A stretch of 64,000 bases of DNA, from NCBI GenBank assembly GCA_039806005.1, contig JBDKLM010000044.1, forward strand, positions 45,275 through 109,274, in the 5' to 3' direction. Below are positions 31,648-43,523 of the stretch, one piece after another (position 1 is the stretch's first letter; each line of letters starts with the position of its first letter). The DNA is from Pseudomonadota bacterium. Lineage in GTDB: Bacteria > Pseudomonadota > Gammaproteobacteria > Burkholderiales > Burkholderiaceae_D. Position numbers and translations under genes: made by a program. Under the pieces are notes generated by a model. It was not told the DNA's origin. It worked only from the letters and a program-made list of their open reading frames with translations, and did not search any database.

Positions 31648-33171
31648 TTACAAGAACAAGCGATAGGCCGGGTTATCGCTTTCGTCCCAGGAGCGATAAC
31701 CCAGCGTTGCAAGGAAATCGCGGAAACGTTTCATCTCGTCTCTGGGGACTTGCAGACCTACCAGTACGCGCCCCACATCGCCGCCCTGATTGCGGTAATG
31801 GAAAAGGCTGATATTCCAGTTTGGCGCCAGACTGTCCAGAAAGCGCATCAGCGCGCCGGGTCGCTCGGGAAATTCAAAGCGATACATCAGTTCGTTATGC
31901 GCCAGCGTGCTCTTGCCACCCACCAGATGACGGATGTGCTGCTTGGCCAGTTCGTCCTGTGTCAGATCTATCGTCTTGAAGCCGTTCTTTCGGAACTGCT
32001 TCGAGATGCGTTCGGGTTCATCGCGATTGGCGACCTGCAAGCCGACAAACACATGCGCTTCACGTTCATCGCTGATTCTGTAATTGAATTCCGTCACCGC
32101 GCGTGGGCCGATCAGCTGGCAAAAGCGACGGAAGCTGCCGCGCTCTTCCGGAATGGTGACTGCGAATACTGCTTCCCGCGCTTCGCCAACCTGAGCGCGT
32201 TCCGCGACAAAACCCAGCCGGTCGAAATTCATGTTCGCTCCGCACGCTATCGCCACCAGCGTTTCATTGCGCAGCGATTTTTTGCTGTGTGCAAAACGAT
32301 CGACATAAGCCTTTGCGCCAGCGATCGCCAGAGCCCCTGCGGGTTCGAGAATGCTGCGTGTGTCAGTGAACACATCCTTGATCGCAGCGCATACCGCGTC
32401 AGTATCGACGAGCATCATCTCATCGACATACTCGCGCGCGAGCCGAAAGGTTTCTTCGCCCACTTGTTTGACTGCGGTGCCATCGGAAAACAAGCCCACA
32501 TCCTGCAGCAGTACACGGCGCCCCGAGGCCAGCGAGCGCGTCATCGCATCCGAATCCGTGGTTTGTACACCGATCACTTTCACTTCCGGGCGCACTGCCT
32601 TGATGTAGGCCGCGACACCACCGATCAGACCACCGCCACCCACCGCCACAAACACGGCATGAATCGGTCCCGGATGCTGGCGCAGAATTTCCATGCCGAT
32701 AGTGCCCTGCCCCGCGATCACGTCCGGGTCATCGAAAGGATGAACGAAGCACAGCTTGTGTTTTTTCTCCAGAGTCAGTGCGTGCTGGTAAGCATCCGAA
32801 TACGAATCACCATGCAATACCACTTCGCCACCCCGAGCGCGAACAGCGTCGATTTTCACCGCCGGTGTCGTGGTCGGCATCACGATGACAGCGCGACAGC
32901 CCAAGGTACTCGCAGAGAGAGCGACGCCTTGCGCGTGATTGCCAGCAGAAGCGCAAATGACGCCGCGCTTGAGTTGCGTCGGTGGCAAATGCGCCATCTT
33001 GTTGTAAGCGCCGCGCAGCTTGAAGCTGAACACGCTTTGCATATCCTCGCGCTTGAAATAAATCCGATTGCCTGTCCGTTGCGACAGATTGGGCGCCAGC
33101 TCCAGCGGTGTTTCTATGGCCAGATCATAGACGCGCGATGTGAGGATTTTTTTGAGGTAATCAGGTCGCAT
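31648..33171 (-). CDS. ilvA: Threonine ammonia-lyase, biosynthetic
   Basis: FSFKLRGA (PLP Lys), SAGNHAQG, GGGGL and C-terminal ACT-like PERPGAL. Confidence 0.96.
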   Translation of the reverse strand: MRPDYLKKILTSRVYDLAIETPLELAPNLSQRTGNRIYFKREDMQSVFSFKLRGAYNKMAHLPPTQLKRGVICASAGNHAQGVALSASTLGCRAVIVMPTTTPAVKIDAVRARGGEVVLHGDSYSDAYQHALTLEKKHKLCFVHPFDDPDVIAGQGTIGMEILRQHPGPIHAVFVAVGGGGLIGGVAAYIKAVRPEVKVIGVQTTDSDAMTRSLASGRRVLLQDVGLFSDGTAVKQVGEETFRLAREYVDEMMLVDTDAVCAAIKDVFTDTRSILEPAGALAIAGAKAYVDRFAHSKKSLRNETLVAIACGANMNFDRLGFVAERAQVGEAREAVFAVTIPEERGSFRRFCQLIGPRAVTEFNYRISDEREAHVFVGLQVANRDEPERISKQFRKNGFKTIDLTQDELAKQHIRHLVGGKSTLAHNELMYRFEFPERPGALMRFLDSLAPNWNISLFHYRNQGGDVGRVLVGLQVPRDEMKRFRDFLATLGYRSWDESDNPAYRLFL

Positions 33172-33214
33172 GATGGGCTCATTATAATGGAGCCCCTTTC
33201 TTTCAGAGCGCCGG

Positions 33215-33700
33215 ATGAACGCAGTCATCGATCCCTTGCTCGCAGCGCTTGCGCTTCCCTCGCTGAGTCTGCCGGCGTTGTTCCTTATTAGCCTGCTGTC
33301 GGCAACGCTATTACCGATGGGTTCCGAGCCTGCGTTGTTTGCGGTGGTAAAAGTCAGCCCCGGTTTGTTTTGGCCCGCGCTGTTGGTCGCCACTCTCGGC
33401 AACACCATCGGTGGCGCAATCAGCTACGGCATGGGTTACGGTGCAAAAAATGTGTTGGCGAAGGAAAGAGACTCTCGCTGGTTTGCATGGCTGGAGCGCT
33501 TCGGCCCCAAGACGCTGCTGCTGTCATGGCTGCCCGTGATCGGTGACCCTTTGTGCACGCTGGCAGGTTGGCTGAAAATGCCGTTCTGGCAGAGCCTGAT
33601 CTACATGGCGATCGGCAAATTTCTGCGTTATCTCACAGCGACGACGCTCTTGTTGATGGTGCCCAATGGTGTCTGGCATCGCCTATTGCCCTGGTTCTGA
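33215..33700 (+). CDS. yqaA: YqaA/DedA (VTT domain) membrane protein
   Basis: SATLLPMGSE, LSWLPVIGDPL and GKFLRY. Confidence 0.88.
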   Translation: MNAVIDPLLAALALPSLSLPALFLISLLSATLLPMGSEPALFAVVKVSPGLFWPALLVATLGNTIGGAISYGMGYGAKNVLAKERDSRWFAWLERFGPKTLLLSWLPVIGDPLCTLAGWLKMPFWQSLIYMAIGKFLRYLTATTLLLMVPNGVWHRLLPWF

Positions 33701-33820
33701 GGCGCCGCCCCAATACCGCTGCAAGCCGAAAAGCCACAGTCTTTCAAGGGCTTACCGCGGTCATCGAGCCCTGCGGTAGGCTAGAATGCGTTTTTAGCAT
33801 CAGCTCTGCTGTTTCCTCAG

Positions 33821-36800
33821 ATGAACGCCCCCGCAAACATGCAAGTTTTGCGCAACGACGCCCCGGAAAACACCGCCCCGGCGCGCTTGCGTGAAATCCC
33901 TTACAACTACACCTCGTTCTCCGATCGCGAAATCGTCATTCGATTACTCGGTGAGAATGCCTGGGAACTGCTCGCCGAATTGCGCAATGCACGTCAGACC
34001 GGCCGCTCGGCGCGCATGCTCTACGAAGTACTGGGCGATATCTGGGTCGTGCGCCGCAATCCCTATTTGCAGGACGATTTGCTCGACAATCCCAAGCGTC
34101 GTGATGCGCTGGTTGAGGCCCTTTACCACCGTCTTGCCGAAATCGATCGTCGTCGCACCGCCGACAACGAAGAGTCGGACAGCGCCGCCGCGCAGACGCG
34201 CAGCACGCATGTCGCCACGCTGCTGCAGTTGGCCAAAGAAGCCATCCGTGATTTTGCTGCCGAATTTCGACAGATGCAGGACTTGCGCCGCCGCGCATTG
34301 CGGGTACTGGGGCGTTACACCGACAAAGACAATATCCGCTTCGACGGACTCTCGCGTGTCTCGCACGTGACCGACGCCACCGACTGGCGCATCGAATATC
34401 CTTTCGTCGTTCTGACGCCTGACAGCGAAGAAGAAATCGCCGGTCTCGTGAAAGCTTGCATCGAATTGGGTCTGACCATCATTCCGCGCGGCGGTGGTAC
34501 CGGATACACCGGCGGTGCCATACCGCTGACACCCATGTCCGCTGTCATCAACACTGAAAAACTGGAGACGCTGGGCGAGGTCATCATCGAGCAACTGCCC
34601 GGTGCGACGCGCCAATGTGCGACGATTTTTTCCGGGGCGGGTGTGGTGACGCGTCGCGTTGCCGATGCGGCTGAAAAAGCCGGCTACGTGTTTGCCGTGG
34701 ATCCCACCTCGGCCGACGCTTCCTGCATCGGCGGCAATATCGCCATGAATGCCGGTGGCAAGAAAGCCGTATTGTGGGGTACTGCACTCGACAATCTCGC
34801 CAGCTGGCGCATGGTGGACCCGAATGGCGACTGGCTGGAAGTCACCCGCCTCGATCACAATCTCGGCAAGATTCACGACGTTGCGCTGGCAAGATTCCGA
34901 CTTGACTGGACCCATCCCGTCGAGCGCGGTCGCACACAGAAATCGACGGCACCTTTCAAGACCGAGATGCTCGAGATCGATGGTCGCAAGTTTCGCAAGG
35001 AAGGTCTTGGCAAAGATGTGACCGACAAATTTCTCGCTGGACTGCCCGGTGTGCAAAAAGAAGGCTGCGATGGCCTGATAACGTCGGCGCGCTGGATACT
35101 GCACAAGATGCCTAAAGCCACGCGTACCGTCTGCCTCGAATTTTTCGGACAGGCGCGTGATGCGATTCCTTCGATTGTCGAGATCAAGGCTTATCTCGAC
35201 GCCGAAACCAAAAAGGGTGGTGCAATCCTCGCGGGTCTAGAACATCTCGACGAACGCTATCTGCGCGCGGTGGGTTATGCAACCAAATCCAAGCGTGGTG
35301 TATTGCCCAAAATGGCGCTGTTTGGCGACATCGTCGGTGATGATGAAGAAGCCGTTGCTCGAGCGACTTCCGAAGTGGTGCGAATTGCCAATACGCGCGT
35401 TGGTGAAGGCTTTGTTGCGGTCAGCCCCGAGGCGCGAAAAAAATTCTGGCTTGATCGCGCGCGCACGGCCGCGATTGCGCGCCACACCAATGCATTCAAG
35501 ATCAACGAAGACGTCGTCATTCCGCTCGATCGCATGGGCGAGTACACCGATGGCATTGAGCGCATCAATATTCGTTTGTCGATGACCAACAAGCTTCGGC
35601 TGGTCGCCGAACTCTCGTCTTATTTTGCGCGGGGTCATCTGAAGCTTGGCAAAAGCGATGATGACGAAGGATTCGAAATCCCGCCCGCAGAATTGCTTGA
35701 AGACCGTGTTGCACAGGCACTGAGTTTGTTGGAATTGGTTCATGCACGCTGGTCCTGGTTGCTGCAGCATCTCGATACTCCCATAGCCAGCGCCCGCAAA
35801 GAACTCACCGAACTTGGACTTGGCGAGCGACTCGCCGAGATCGATGCCACGAAGCTGTCTGCTGATCTGCGTGTATTCGATGTGCTTCAGGACCGCCGCA
35901 TTCGCATTTCATGGAAAGCGGAAGTGCGCGCGCAGTTGCGGCAGATTTTCAGCGGCGCTGCCTTCAAGCCAGTACTCGACGAGTGCAGTGCGATTCATCA
36001 GCGCGTCTTGCGTGGTCGTGTCTTCGTGGCGTTGCACATGCATGCCGGCGATGGCAATGTGCATACCAATATTCCGGTCAACTCCGACGATTACGACATG
36101 CTGCAAACCGCACATGCTGCCGTTGTCGAAATCATGGCGCTGGCGCGATCGCTCAACGGTGTCATCTCCGGCGAGCATGGTATTGGCATCACCAAACTCG
36201 AATTTTTGACTGAAGCCGAGATCAGCGAATTCCGCGATTACAAGCAGCGCATTGATCCTGAGGGGCGCTTCAACAAAGGCAAGCTGCTGAACTCACCCGA
36301 ACTGCACGCCGATTTGCGCAACGCCTATACCCCTTCCTTTGGTCTGATGGGTCACGAATCGCTGATCATGCAGCAAAGCGATATCGGTGCCATTGCCAAC
36401 AGCGTCAAGGATTGTCTGCGTTGTGGCAAATGCAAGCCCGTGTGTGCGACCCATGTGCCGCGGGCGAATTTGCTTTACTCGCCGCGCAACAAGATTTTGG
36501 CGACGTCCCTGTTGGTCGAAGCCTTCCTGTACGAAGAGCAAACCCGACGCGGCGTATCGATACGTCACTGGGAAGAATTTGAAGACGTTGCCGATCACTG
36601 CACCGTCTGCCACAAATGCCTGACCCCGTGCCCCGTTGATATCGATTTCGGCGATGTCTCCATGAATATGCGCAATCTGTTGCGCAAGATGGACAAGAAG
36701 TCCTTTAATCCCGGCACGTCAGCGGCTATGTTTTTTCTCAATGCGACCGATCCGGCGACCATCAACGCTACTCGCCAGATCATGATCGGGTGGGGCTACA

Positions 36801-37825
36801 AGGCCCAGCGTCTGGCGAATAATCTGCTGAAAAAATTCGCGACAAAGCAGAGTGAGGCACCGTCCTCTACGCACGGCAAGCCGCCCGTGCGCGAGCAGGT
36901 GATTCATTTCGTGAACAAGAAAATGCCCGGCAATCTCCCCAAAAAAGCCGCGCGCGCCTTGCTCGATATCGAAGACGACAAATTCGTTCCTATCATTCGT
37001 GATCCGCAAAAAACGCGTGCCGATACCGAAGCCGTGTTTTATTTCCCCGGCTGTGGTTCCGAGCGCTTGTTCTCGCAAGTCGGTCTCGCCACGCAGGCCA
37101 TGCTGTGGCAAGTCGGCGTGCAAACCGTGCTGCCGCCCGGCTATTTGTGCTGCGGCTATCCGCAGCGCGGCTCTGGTGATTTTGACAAGGCTGAAAAAAT
37201 CATCACCGACAATCGCGTGCTTTTCCATCGTGTGGCCAATACGCTGAATTATCTCGACATCAAAACGGTCGTCGTGTCCTGCGGCACCTGCTACGACCAG
37301 CTGCAGGGCTATGAATTCGACAAGATCTTTCCCGGCTGTCGCATTGTCGACATCCACGAATACCTGCTCGAAAAGGGCGTGAAGCTTGAAGGCGTGACGG
37401 GTACGCGCTACATGTATCACGACCCCTGTCATAGCCCGATGAAGCAGCAGGATCCGTTGAAGACGGTGAATAGCCTGATCACCACGACAGATGCACAAAA
37501 AATCGAAAAGAATGATCGCTGCTGCGGTGAGTCCGGCACGCTCGCCGTCAGTCGGCCAGATGTATCCACGCAAATTCGTTTTCGCAAGGAAGCGGAAATG
37601 AGCAAAGGTGCGGAGAAGCTGCGCGCCGATGGCTTCAAAGGAGATGTGAAGATTCTGACTTCTTGTCCCTCTTGCCTGCAAGGCTTGTCGCGGTTTAATG
37701 AAGATGCCGGTACCGATGCGGATTACATCGTCGTCGAGATCGCGCGTCACCTGCTGGGTGAAAACTGGATGCCTGAGTATGTCGCCCGTGCCAACAATGG
37801 CGGCATCGAACGCGTGCTGGTGTAG
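33821..37825 (+). CDS. Large FAD-linked oxidoreductase with C-terminal 4Fe-4S and CCG domains (DUF3683-type), 1334 aa
   Basis: [26 protein letters not shown]; CLRCGKC and CTVCHKC; CCG motifs. Confidence 0.88.
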   Translation: MNAPANMQVLRNDAPENTAPARLREIPYNYTSFSDREIVIRLLGENAWELLAELRNARQTGRSARMLYEVLGDIWVVRRNPYLQDDLLDNPKRRDALVEALYHRLAEIDRRRTADNEESDSAAAQTRSTHVATLLQLAKEAIRDFAAEFRQMQDLRRRALRVLGRYTDKDNIRFDGLSRVSHVTDATDWRIEYPFVVLTPDSEEEIAGLVKACIELGLTIIPRGGGTGYTGGAIPLTPMSAVINTEKLETLGEVIIEQLPGATRQCATIFSGAGVVTRRVADAAEKAGYVFAVDPTSADASCIGGNIAMNAGGKKAVLWGTALDNLASWRMVDPNGDWLEVTRLDHNLGKIHDVALARFRLDWTHPVERGRTQKSTAPFKTEMLEIDGRKFRKEGLGKDVTDKFLAGLPGVQKEGCDGLITSARWILHKMPKATRTVCLEFFGQARDAIPSIVEIKAYLDAETKKGGAILAGLEHLDERYLRAVGYATKSKRGVLPKMALFGDIVGDDEEAVARATSEVVRIANTRVGEGFVAVSPEARKKFWLDRARTAAIARHTNAFKINEDVVIPLDRMGEYTDGIERINIRLSMTNKLRLVAELSSYFARGHLKLGKSDDDEGFEIPPAELLEDRVAQALSLLELVHARWSWLLQHLDTPIASARKELTELGLGERLAEIDATKLSADLRVFDVLQDRRIRISWKAEVRAQLRQIFSGAAFKPVLDECSAIHQRVLRGRVFVALHMHAGDGNVHTNIPVNSDDYDMLQTAHAAVVEIMALARSLNGVISGEHGIGITKLEFLTEAEISEFRDYKQRIDPEGRFNKGKLLNSPELHADLRNAYTPSFGLMGHESLIMQQSDIGAIANSVKDCLRCGKCKPVCATHVPRANLLYSPRNKILATSLLVEAFLYEEQTRRGVSIRHWEEFEDVADHCTVCHKCLTPCPVDIDFGDVSMNMRNLLRKMDKKSFNPGTSAAMFFLNATDPATINATRQIMIGWGYKAQRLANNLLKKFATKQSEAPSSTHGKPPVREQVIHFVNKKMPGNLPKKAARALLDIEDDKFVPIIRDPQKTRADTEAVFYFPGCGSERLFSQVGLATQAMLWQVGVQTVLPPGYLCCGYPQRGSGDFDKAEKIITDNRVLFHRVANTLNYLDIKTVVVSCGTCYDQLQGYEFDKIFPGCRIVDIHEYLLEKGVKLEGVTGTRYMYHDPCHSPMKQQDPLKTVNSLITTTDAQKIEKNDRCCGESGTLAVSRPDVSTQIRFRKEAEMSKGAEKLRADGFKGDVKILTSCPSCLQGLSRFNEDAGTDADYIVVEIARHLLGENWMPEYVARANNGGIERVLV

Positions 37826-37827
37826 TC

Positions 37828-38268
37828 ATGAGCGTGTCGCTACCAGGCTGCGAACTGTGCGAATCCCCGGGTGGGGAAGTACTGCATCAGGGCATGCAGT
37901 TTCGTGTTGTGCTGGTGGATGACGATAACTACCCCGGGTTTTGTCGCGTTATCTGGCGCGATCATGTCAGGGAGATTACGGATCTCAACGAACTGGACCG
38001 GATGCTTCTCATGGATGTGCTCTGGCAGGTCGAGCATGTGGTGCGCGAGGTAATGCAACCCGAAAAAATCAATCTCGCCAGCTTCGGCAACATGGTGCCG
38101 CACCTGCACTGGCACGTCATACCGCGCTATACCGACGACGCTCATTTTCCCGCGCCCGTGTGGGCCGAAGCAAAGCGTCAGTCCACATCGACTTCATTGC
38201 AAGGTCGACGCGAGCGCTTGCCCTCGCTGCGTGTCAAGATGCGCCAAAGGCTCTCCACCTATCTTTAG
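37828..38268 (+). CDS. HIT family hydrolase
   Basis: N-terminal CELC; HLHWH triad. Confidence 0.9.
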   Translation: MSVSLPGCELCESPGGEVLHQGMQFRVVLVDDDNYPGFCRVIWRDHVREITDLNELDRMLLMDVLWQVEHVVREVMQPEKINLASFGNMVPHLHWHVIPRYTDDAHFPAPVWAEAKRQSTSTSLQGRRERLPSLRVKMRQRLSTYL

Positions 38269-38333
38269 CCCGCGCCCCCTGCGGCTTGGCAATGCTCGTG
38301 ACAAGTAGCATCAAACTGTGAATGGATTTTTCT

Positions 38334-38738
38334 ATGTCAGACGCACCGGTACCCACTGAAATCGCCGTCCGAAAAACAGCACGCGTTCTGGAGCTCAGTT
38401 ATGGCGATGTTCGCTATCAGCTGGCTTTCGAATTCCTGCGTGTGTATTCACCCTCGGCTGAGGTGCGTGGTCACGGTCCCGGACAGGAAGTGCTACAGAC
38501 CGGCAAGCGTCACGTTGATATTCAGGGGATCGAGCCCGTCGGTCACTATGCAATACGCCCAATCTTCTCCGATGGCCATGACAGCGGGATCTACACGTGG
38601 GAACTGCTGAACACGTTTTGTCAGAACCAGCAGTCCATGTGGGATGCGTATCTGCGCAAGCTGGAAGCCGCCGGCCATCCCGGCGAGAGTGGGCGGGATG
38701 TGCCAATGACGAAGTCCGGCGGCGGTTGCGCAAGTTAA
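38334..38738 (+). CDS. DUF971 / GBBH-like N-terminal domain protein
   Basis: EFLRVYSPSAEV and VGHYAIRPIFSDGHDSGIYTW. Confidence 0.88.
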   Translation: MSDAPVPTEIAVRKTARVLELSYGDVRYQLAFEFLRVYSPSAEVRGHGPGQEVLQTGKRHVDIQGIEPVGHYAIRPIFSDGHDSGIYTWELLNTFCQNQQSMWDAYLRKLEAAGHPGESGRDVPMTKSGGGCAS

Positions 38739-38905
38739 TCGGTTTCGAAGTGGGTGCTGCAATTGCCGCTCTCGAAACAAGCGCGTCGGCGACGTAATTT
38801 AAACGCAAATTAAACGCAAATGTCATCCGCTATGCGAGTCAGTCTTGCGCCGCGGGCCCCTTGGTTGCGCTTGTATAATGCACTTCCAACACACCGAGCC
38901 CTGCC

Positions 38906-39637
38906 ATGACCCAGACCCATTTCGGCTATCAGCAAGTCCCTGAAGAACAAAAGGCGCACAAGGTCGCTGAAGTATTTCATTCGGTCGCTGCGAAATACGA
39001 TGTGATGAACGACCTGATGTCGGCGGGTCTGCATCGGGTCTGGAAAGCTTTCACGGTCGCTCAGGCTGGCATACGACCCGGTTTTCGAGTGCTGGATCTT
39101 GCAGGTGGGACTGGTGATCTGGCGCGCGCCTTTGCAAAAAAAGCCGGCCCGACCGGCGAGGTCTGGCATACCGACATCAATGAATCCATGCTGCGTGTGG
39201 GTCGTGACCGGATGATCAACGACGGCCTTCTGCTACCCACACTGATTTGTGATGCCGAGAAGCTGCCTTTCCCTGACAACTACTTCGATCGTGTGTCGGT
39301 CGCTTTTGGTCTGCGCAACATGACGCACAAAGAGGCTGCGCTGGCAGAGATGCGGCGCGTGCTCAAGCCCGGCGGAAAATTGCTGGTACTTGAATTTTCC
39401 AAAGTGGCGACGCCTCTTCAAAAGCCCTATGACCTGTACTCGTTCAAGGTATTGCCCTGGCTGGGTCAGAAAATTGCCAATGATGCGGACAGCTATCGCT
39501 ACCTTGCCGAATCCATCCGCATGCATCCGGATCAGGAAACTCTCAAAAGCATGATGCAGAGCGCGGGACTCGATCGCGTCGAGTATTTCAATCTCACCGC
39601 TGGCATCGCTGCTTTGCATGTGGGCGTGAAGCTGTAG
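38906..39637 (+). CDS. ubiE: Ubiquinone/menaquinone C-methyltransferase
   Basis: [25 protein letters not shown] and FGLRN. Confidence 0.97.
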   Translation: MTQTHFGYQQVPEEQKAHKVAEVFHSVAAKYDVMNDLMSAGLHRVWKAFTVAQAGIRPGFRVLDLAGGTGDLARAFAKKAGPTGEVWHTDINESMLRVGRDRMINDGLLLPTLICDAEKLPFPDNYFDRVSVAFGLRNMTHKEAALAEMRRVLKPGGKLLVLEFSKVATPLQKPYDLYSFKVLPWLGQKIANDADSYRYLAESIRMHPDQETLKSMMQSAGLDRVEYFNLTAGIAALHVGVKL

Positions 39638-39641
39638 TGTG

Positions 39642-40214
39642 ATGTACGCCGCCGCGCTCAATCACTTGCTGTCGCGTCAACCGCAGCTGCGCAACGTCTT
39701 GTTGCCGCACGCGGGCAAGGTTGCGTGCATTGCTGTCGGTGTCATGCAGATTTCGCTGGCGGTGACGAATGACGGACTGCTGCAGGGTGCGACACTGGTC
39801 GAGCCCACGGTCACTATTCGCATCAAGCCCGCCGATCTGCCGCAGATACTCGTCAACATGGATCGCGCGTTTTCTTATGTCAGTCTGAGTGGTGATGCTG
39901 AATTCGCCAAAGCCATCTCGGAAGTGGCGCAGGGTCTGCACTGGGAGGCTGAAGAAGATCTCGCGCCCTTCGTGGGCGACATTGCGGCAGTACGTATTGT
40001 GCAGGCAGCACGGGCAACTGTGCAGGGCGCCCGATCAGGCGGCCGCAAGCTCATCGAACAAATCGCGGAGTATCTGCTGGAAGAAAACCCAACACTGCTG
40101 TACCGAAAAGCAGGAGAAGAATTCGCGGCGCAAGTAGCTGCCTTGCGCGACGATGTCGAGCGACTGGGCAAGCGCATCAAGCTGCTCGAGACGCATGCGG
40201 GGGATGCCCGATGA
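39642..40214 (+). CDS. ubiJ: Ubiquinone biosynthesis accessory factor (SCP2 domain)
   Basis: [22 protein letters not shown]; between ubiE and ubiB. Confidence 0.85.
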   Translation: MYAAALNHLLSRQPQLRNVLLPHAGKVACIAVGVMQISLAVTNDGLLQGATLVEPTVTIRIKPADLPQILVNMDRAFSYVSLSGDAEFAKAISEVAQGLHWEAEEDLAPFVGDIAAVRIVQAARATVQGARSGGRKLIEQIAEYLLEENPTLLYRKAGEEFAAQVAALRDDVERLGKRIKLLETHAGDAR

Positions 40215-41782
40215 TGTCGCGTTTGTTACGTGTGCTGAAAATCATTCGCGTGTCTTTGCGCTACGGGCTGGATGACATCATTGTGGACGGCGCGCGCCTG
40301 CCACCCCAATGGCGTCTTTTGTCTTTGCTGTTTTTCTGGCGTGATCTGAGCGCGCCGCGTGGACAGCGCTTGCGTTGCGCGCTGGAAGAACTGGGACCGA
40401 TTTTTGTGAAATTCGGTCAGGTACTTTCCACGCGTCGCGACTTGCTGCCGTCCGATGTGGCTGACGAATTGGCACGACTGCAGGACCGGGTACCGCCGTT
40501 TGCGTCGGACCTCGCGATTGCCGAGATCACGCGCTCGCTGGGTCAGCATCCTGACCAGTTGTTTGCCAGTTTCTCGCGCGAGCCAGTCGCGTCGGCATCG
40601 GTCGCACAAGTGCATTTCGCTGTGCTGAACAATGGCGCGGAGGTGGCCGTCAAGGTATTGCGGCCCGGCGTGCATCAGGCTATCGATAAGGATATTGCGC
40701 TCATGCGCGTGGTGGCTGGATGGGTTGAGCGCTGGTGGTCTGACGGCCCTAGACTCAAGCCGCGTGAAGTCGTCGCGGAGTTTGACAAATACCTGCATGA
40801 CGAACTCGATCTGATGCGTGAAGCAGCGAATGCCAGTCAGCTGCGCCGGAATTTTGCAGACTCGTCGCTGTTGATGGTGCCTGAAATGTTCTGGGATTAC
40901 TGCGCCGAATCCGTTATCGTGATGGAGCGCATGAATGGTATACCCATCTCGCAAACCCAGCGCCTCATCGACGCTGGCATTGACCTGAAAAAACTCTCGC
41001 GCGATGGTGTGGAGATATTTTTCACGCAGGTCTTCCGCGATGGTTTTTTCCATGCCGATATGCATCCGGGGAATATTCTGGTGTCTACTGCGCCCGAGAC
41101 TTTCGGACGCTACATCGCACTGGATTTCGGTATCGTGGGCACGCTGACCGATTTCGACAAAGACTATCTGTCGCAAAATTTCCTGGCGTTTTTTCAGCGC
41201 GATTACAAGCGTGTGGCGCAAGCCCACATCGAATCTGGCTGGGCGCCCAAAGACACGCGGGTCGATGAACTCGAGGCTGCGGTCCGCGCTTGCTGCGAAC
41301 CGATTTTCGATCGACCCTTGTCGCAGATCTCGTTTGGGCAAGTGTTACTGAGGTTGTTTCAGACTTCACGACGGTTCAATGTTGAAGTGCAGCCCCAGCT
41401 CGTGCTCTTGCAAAAAACCCTGCTCAATATCGAGGGACTCGGCCGCGAGCTGGATCCGGATCTTGATCTGTGGGTGACCGCCAAGCCCTCGCTGGAGCGC
41501 TGGATGAAGGAGCAGGTGGGATGGCGTGGTTTCGTCGAACGTCTGAAGATCGAGGCGCCGCACTATGCGCACATCCTGCCCCAGCTGCCACGGCTATTGC
41601 AGCAGGCGCTCGCTGCTCGGGCAGAAGTGCCGTCGCCGGATAACAGCGCTTTGTTACAGCGTCTGTTGGAAGAGCAGCGGCGCACCAATCTGCTGCTGGG
41701 TATCGCCGTGTATTTTGGTGGCGGCCTTTTGTTGGGCATTCTCGTAGTGCAGCTCTTCGTGCGCTGGCATTATGCGCTTTGA
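40211..41782 (+). CDS. ubiB: Ubiquinone biosynthesis atypical kinase
   Basis: [29 protein letters not shown] and LDFG. Confidence 0.96.
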   Translation: MMSRLLRVLKIIRVSLRYGLDDIIVDGARLPPQWRLLSLLFFWRDLSAPRGQRLRCALEELGPIFVKFGQVLSTRRDLLPSDVADELARLQDRVPPFASDLAIAEITRSLGQHPDQLFASFSREPVASASVAQVHFAVLNNGAEVAVKVLRPGVHQAIDKDIALMRVVAGWVERWWSDGPRLKPREVVAEFDKYLHDELDLMREAANASQLRRNFADSSLLMVPEMFWDYCAESVIVMERMNGIPISQTQRLIDAGIDLKKLSRDGVEIFFTQVFRDGFFHADMHPGNILVSTAPETFGRYIALDFGIVGTLTDFDKDYLSQNFLAFFQRDYKRVAQAHIESGWAPKDTRVDELEAAVRACCEPIFDRPLSQISFGQVLLRLFQTSRRFNVEVQPQLVLLQKTLLNIEGLGRELDPDLDLWVTAKPSLERWMKEQVGWRGFVERLKIEAPHYAHILPQLPRLLQQALAARAEVPSPDNSALLQRLLEEQRRTNLLLGIAVYFGGGLLLGILVVQLFVRWHYAL

Positions 41783-42016
41783 ATAGCGCCGAATTTGTTC
41801 CTCAGGGTCATCGTATCAACAACGAACCATACTGCCCCCTTTGCAGGCCGGGATCCATCGTCTTTGCTTTTACCACCAACGCGCAACAAGCGGCACGAAT
41901 TATCCTCGGCACCCTCGAATCACCGATGTCATTCCGACATTGCCCTGAAACCGGTACTTCGCCGCTATAATCCCGCCTGTTTTTTTGCGGCGATGTCCGC
42001 GCCTAACGGAGATGGC

Positions 42017-43441
42017 ATGAACACCCTGATGATCTTTGTCGTGCTCTATTTGTTGATCTCGGTGGCACTCGGTCTGTATGCGGCACGGCGTGTTCAGACC
42101 GCCAGCGACTATGCCAATGCCGGACGCGCATTGCCCTTGCCCGTCGTGATTGCCACGGTGTTCGCGACCTGGTTCGGTTCGGAAACCGTGCTGGGTATTC
42201 CGGCCCGCTTTGCGGAGCATGGTTTGGTTGGGGTCGTCGAGGATCCGTTTGGTGCATCGCTTTGTCTCATCTTTGTGGGACTCTTTTTTGCCCGACGCTT
42301 GTACCGCATGAATCTGCTCACCATAGGTGACTATTACAAGCAGCGCTACAACCGGCCGGTCGAGATCATGGTCTCTCTTTGCATCGTGATTTCTTATCTG
42401 GGCTGGGTATCGGCGCAGATTACCGCCATGGGTCTGGTATTCAACGTCCTGACCAACGGCGCCATTTCTCTGTCAGCCGGCATGATCATGGGTTCGGCAA
42501 TCGTGCTGACCTACACCCTGTTTGGTGGCATGTGGGCCGTGGCGCTGACAGATTCATTTCAGATGACCTTGATCATTGTCGGCATGTTGTACATCGTCTG
42601 GGTGATTGCGGGTGAGGCAGGGGGGGCAGGGGTCGTGGTGGCGCATGCGGCGCAGGCTGGCAAGCTCAATTTCATGCCTGAGCTCACGCTGCCGGCGATA
42701 CTGGCCTTCATTGGCGCCGGCGTCACCATCATGTTTGGCTCGATACCGCAGCAGGACGTCTTTCAGCGCGTCATGTCGGCGCGTTCTGAAGGCTCTGCCG
42801 CAACGGGCGCTGTTGTGGGCGGCTCGATGTATTTCCTGATTGCGTTCATCCCCATGTTTCTGGTGTATGCGGCGCAGCTGATCGATCCGGCGATGTTTGC
42901 TTCGCTGATCGACGAGGATCCCCAGAAAATTCTGCCCACGCTCATCCTCACCCGCACGCCCATGATCGCCCAGATCTTGTTCTTTGGTGCGCTTTTGTCC
43001 GCCATCATGTCGACGGCCAGCGGGACACTGCTCGCGCCCAGCATCACGCTCACCGAAAACATCATTCGTGAAATCTGGCCGATGTCAGATCGTCAGTTGT
43101 TGCTGACTACGCGCATCGTCGTGGTTTGTTTCACCATCGTCGTCACCACTTTCGCGCTGGTTTCTCAAGGCATGCCGATTTACGAAATGGTCGGCAATTC
43201 CTACAAAGTGCCGCTGGTGGGTGCCTTCATCCCGCTGGTCATGGGTCTCTACTGGAAGCGTGCGAATACCCAGGGTGCGCTGTGTTCCGTAATTGGTGGC
43301 CTTGGCAGCTGGTTGTTGATGGAGGTCTTTGGCGGCGAGTCCATTTGGCCGCCGCAACTGGTCGGCCTGCTGGTTGCCTTTCTGGGCATGATTGCCGGCT
43401 CCCTCCTGCCACAGCCCAAAAAGCTGGCCCACTGGGCCTGA
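42017..43441 (+). CDS. Sodium:solute symporter family protein
   Basis: ~13 TMs; ATWFGSET, GGMWAVALTD and SAIMSTAS; ATG 42017 with SD GGAG. Confidence 0.9.
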   Translation: MNTLMIFVVLYLLISVALGLYAARRVQTASDYANAGRALPLPVVIATVFATWFGSETVLGIPARFAEHGLVGVVEDPFGASLCLIFVGLFFARRLYRMNLLTIGDYYKQRYNRPVEIMVSLCIVISYLGWVSAQITAMGLVFNVLTNGAISLSAGMIMGSAIVLTYTLFGGMWAVALTDSFQMTLIIVGMLYIVWVIAGEAGGAGVVVAHAAQAGKLNFMPELTLPAILAFIGAGVTIMFGSIPQQDVFQRVMSARSEGSAATGAVVGGSMYFLIAFIPMFLVYAAQLIDPAMFASLIDEDPQKILPTLILTRTPMIAQILFFGALLSAIMSTASGTLLAPSITLTENIIREIWPMSDRQLLLTTRIVVVCFTIVVTTFALVSQGMPIYEMVGNSYKVPLVGAFIPLVMGLYWKRANTQGALCSVIGGLGSWLLMEVFGGESIWPPQLVGLLVAFLGMIAGSLLPQPKKLAHWA

Positions 43442-43523
43442 TCGCCCAGCGCGATTGCGGCGAGGCTCCCCGGAAAACCCTTATAATTCAAGGTTTTCGA
43501 AATTTTGCAGGGAGGGAGCAATA

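Noticed and set aside
39637-39642. Absence of the Tim44-domain gene often found between ubiE and ubiJ in Burkholderiales
   Set aside because: This is an argument from absence based on recalled synteny, and cannot be assessed without comparative genomes.
41779-41970. 63-aa ORF with CPLC after ubiB, or a riboswitch ahead of the symporter
   Set aside because: It has a TTG start with no SD and overlaps the probable symporter promoter (TATAAT 41966-41971); no riboswitch consensus was recognized.
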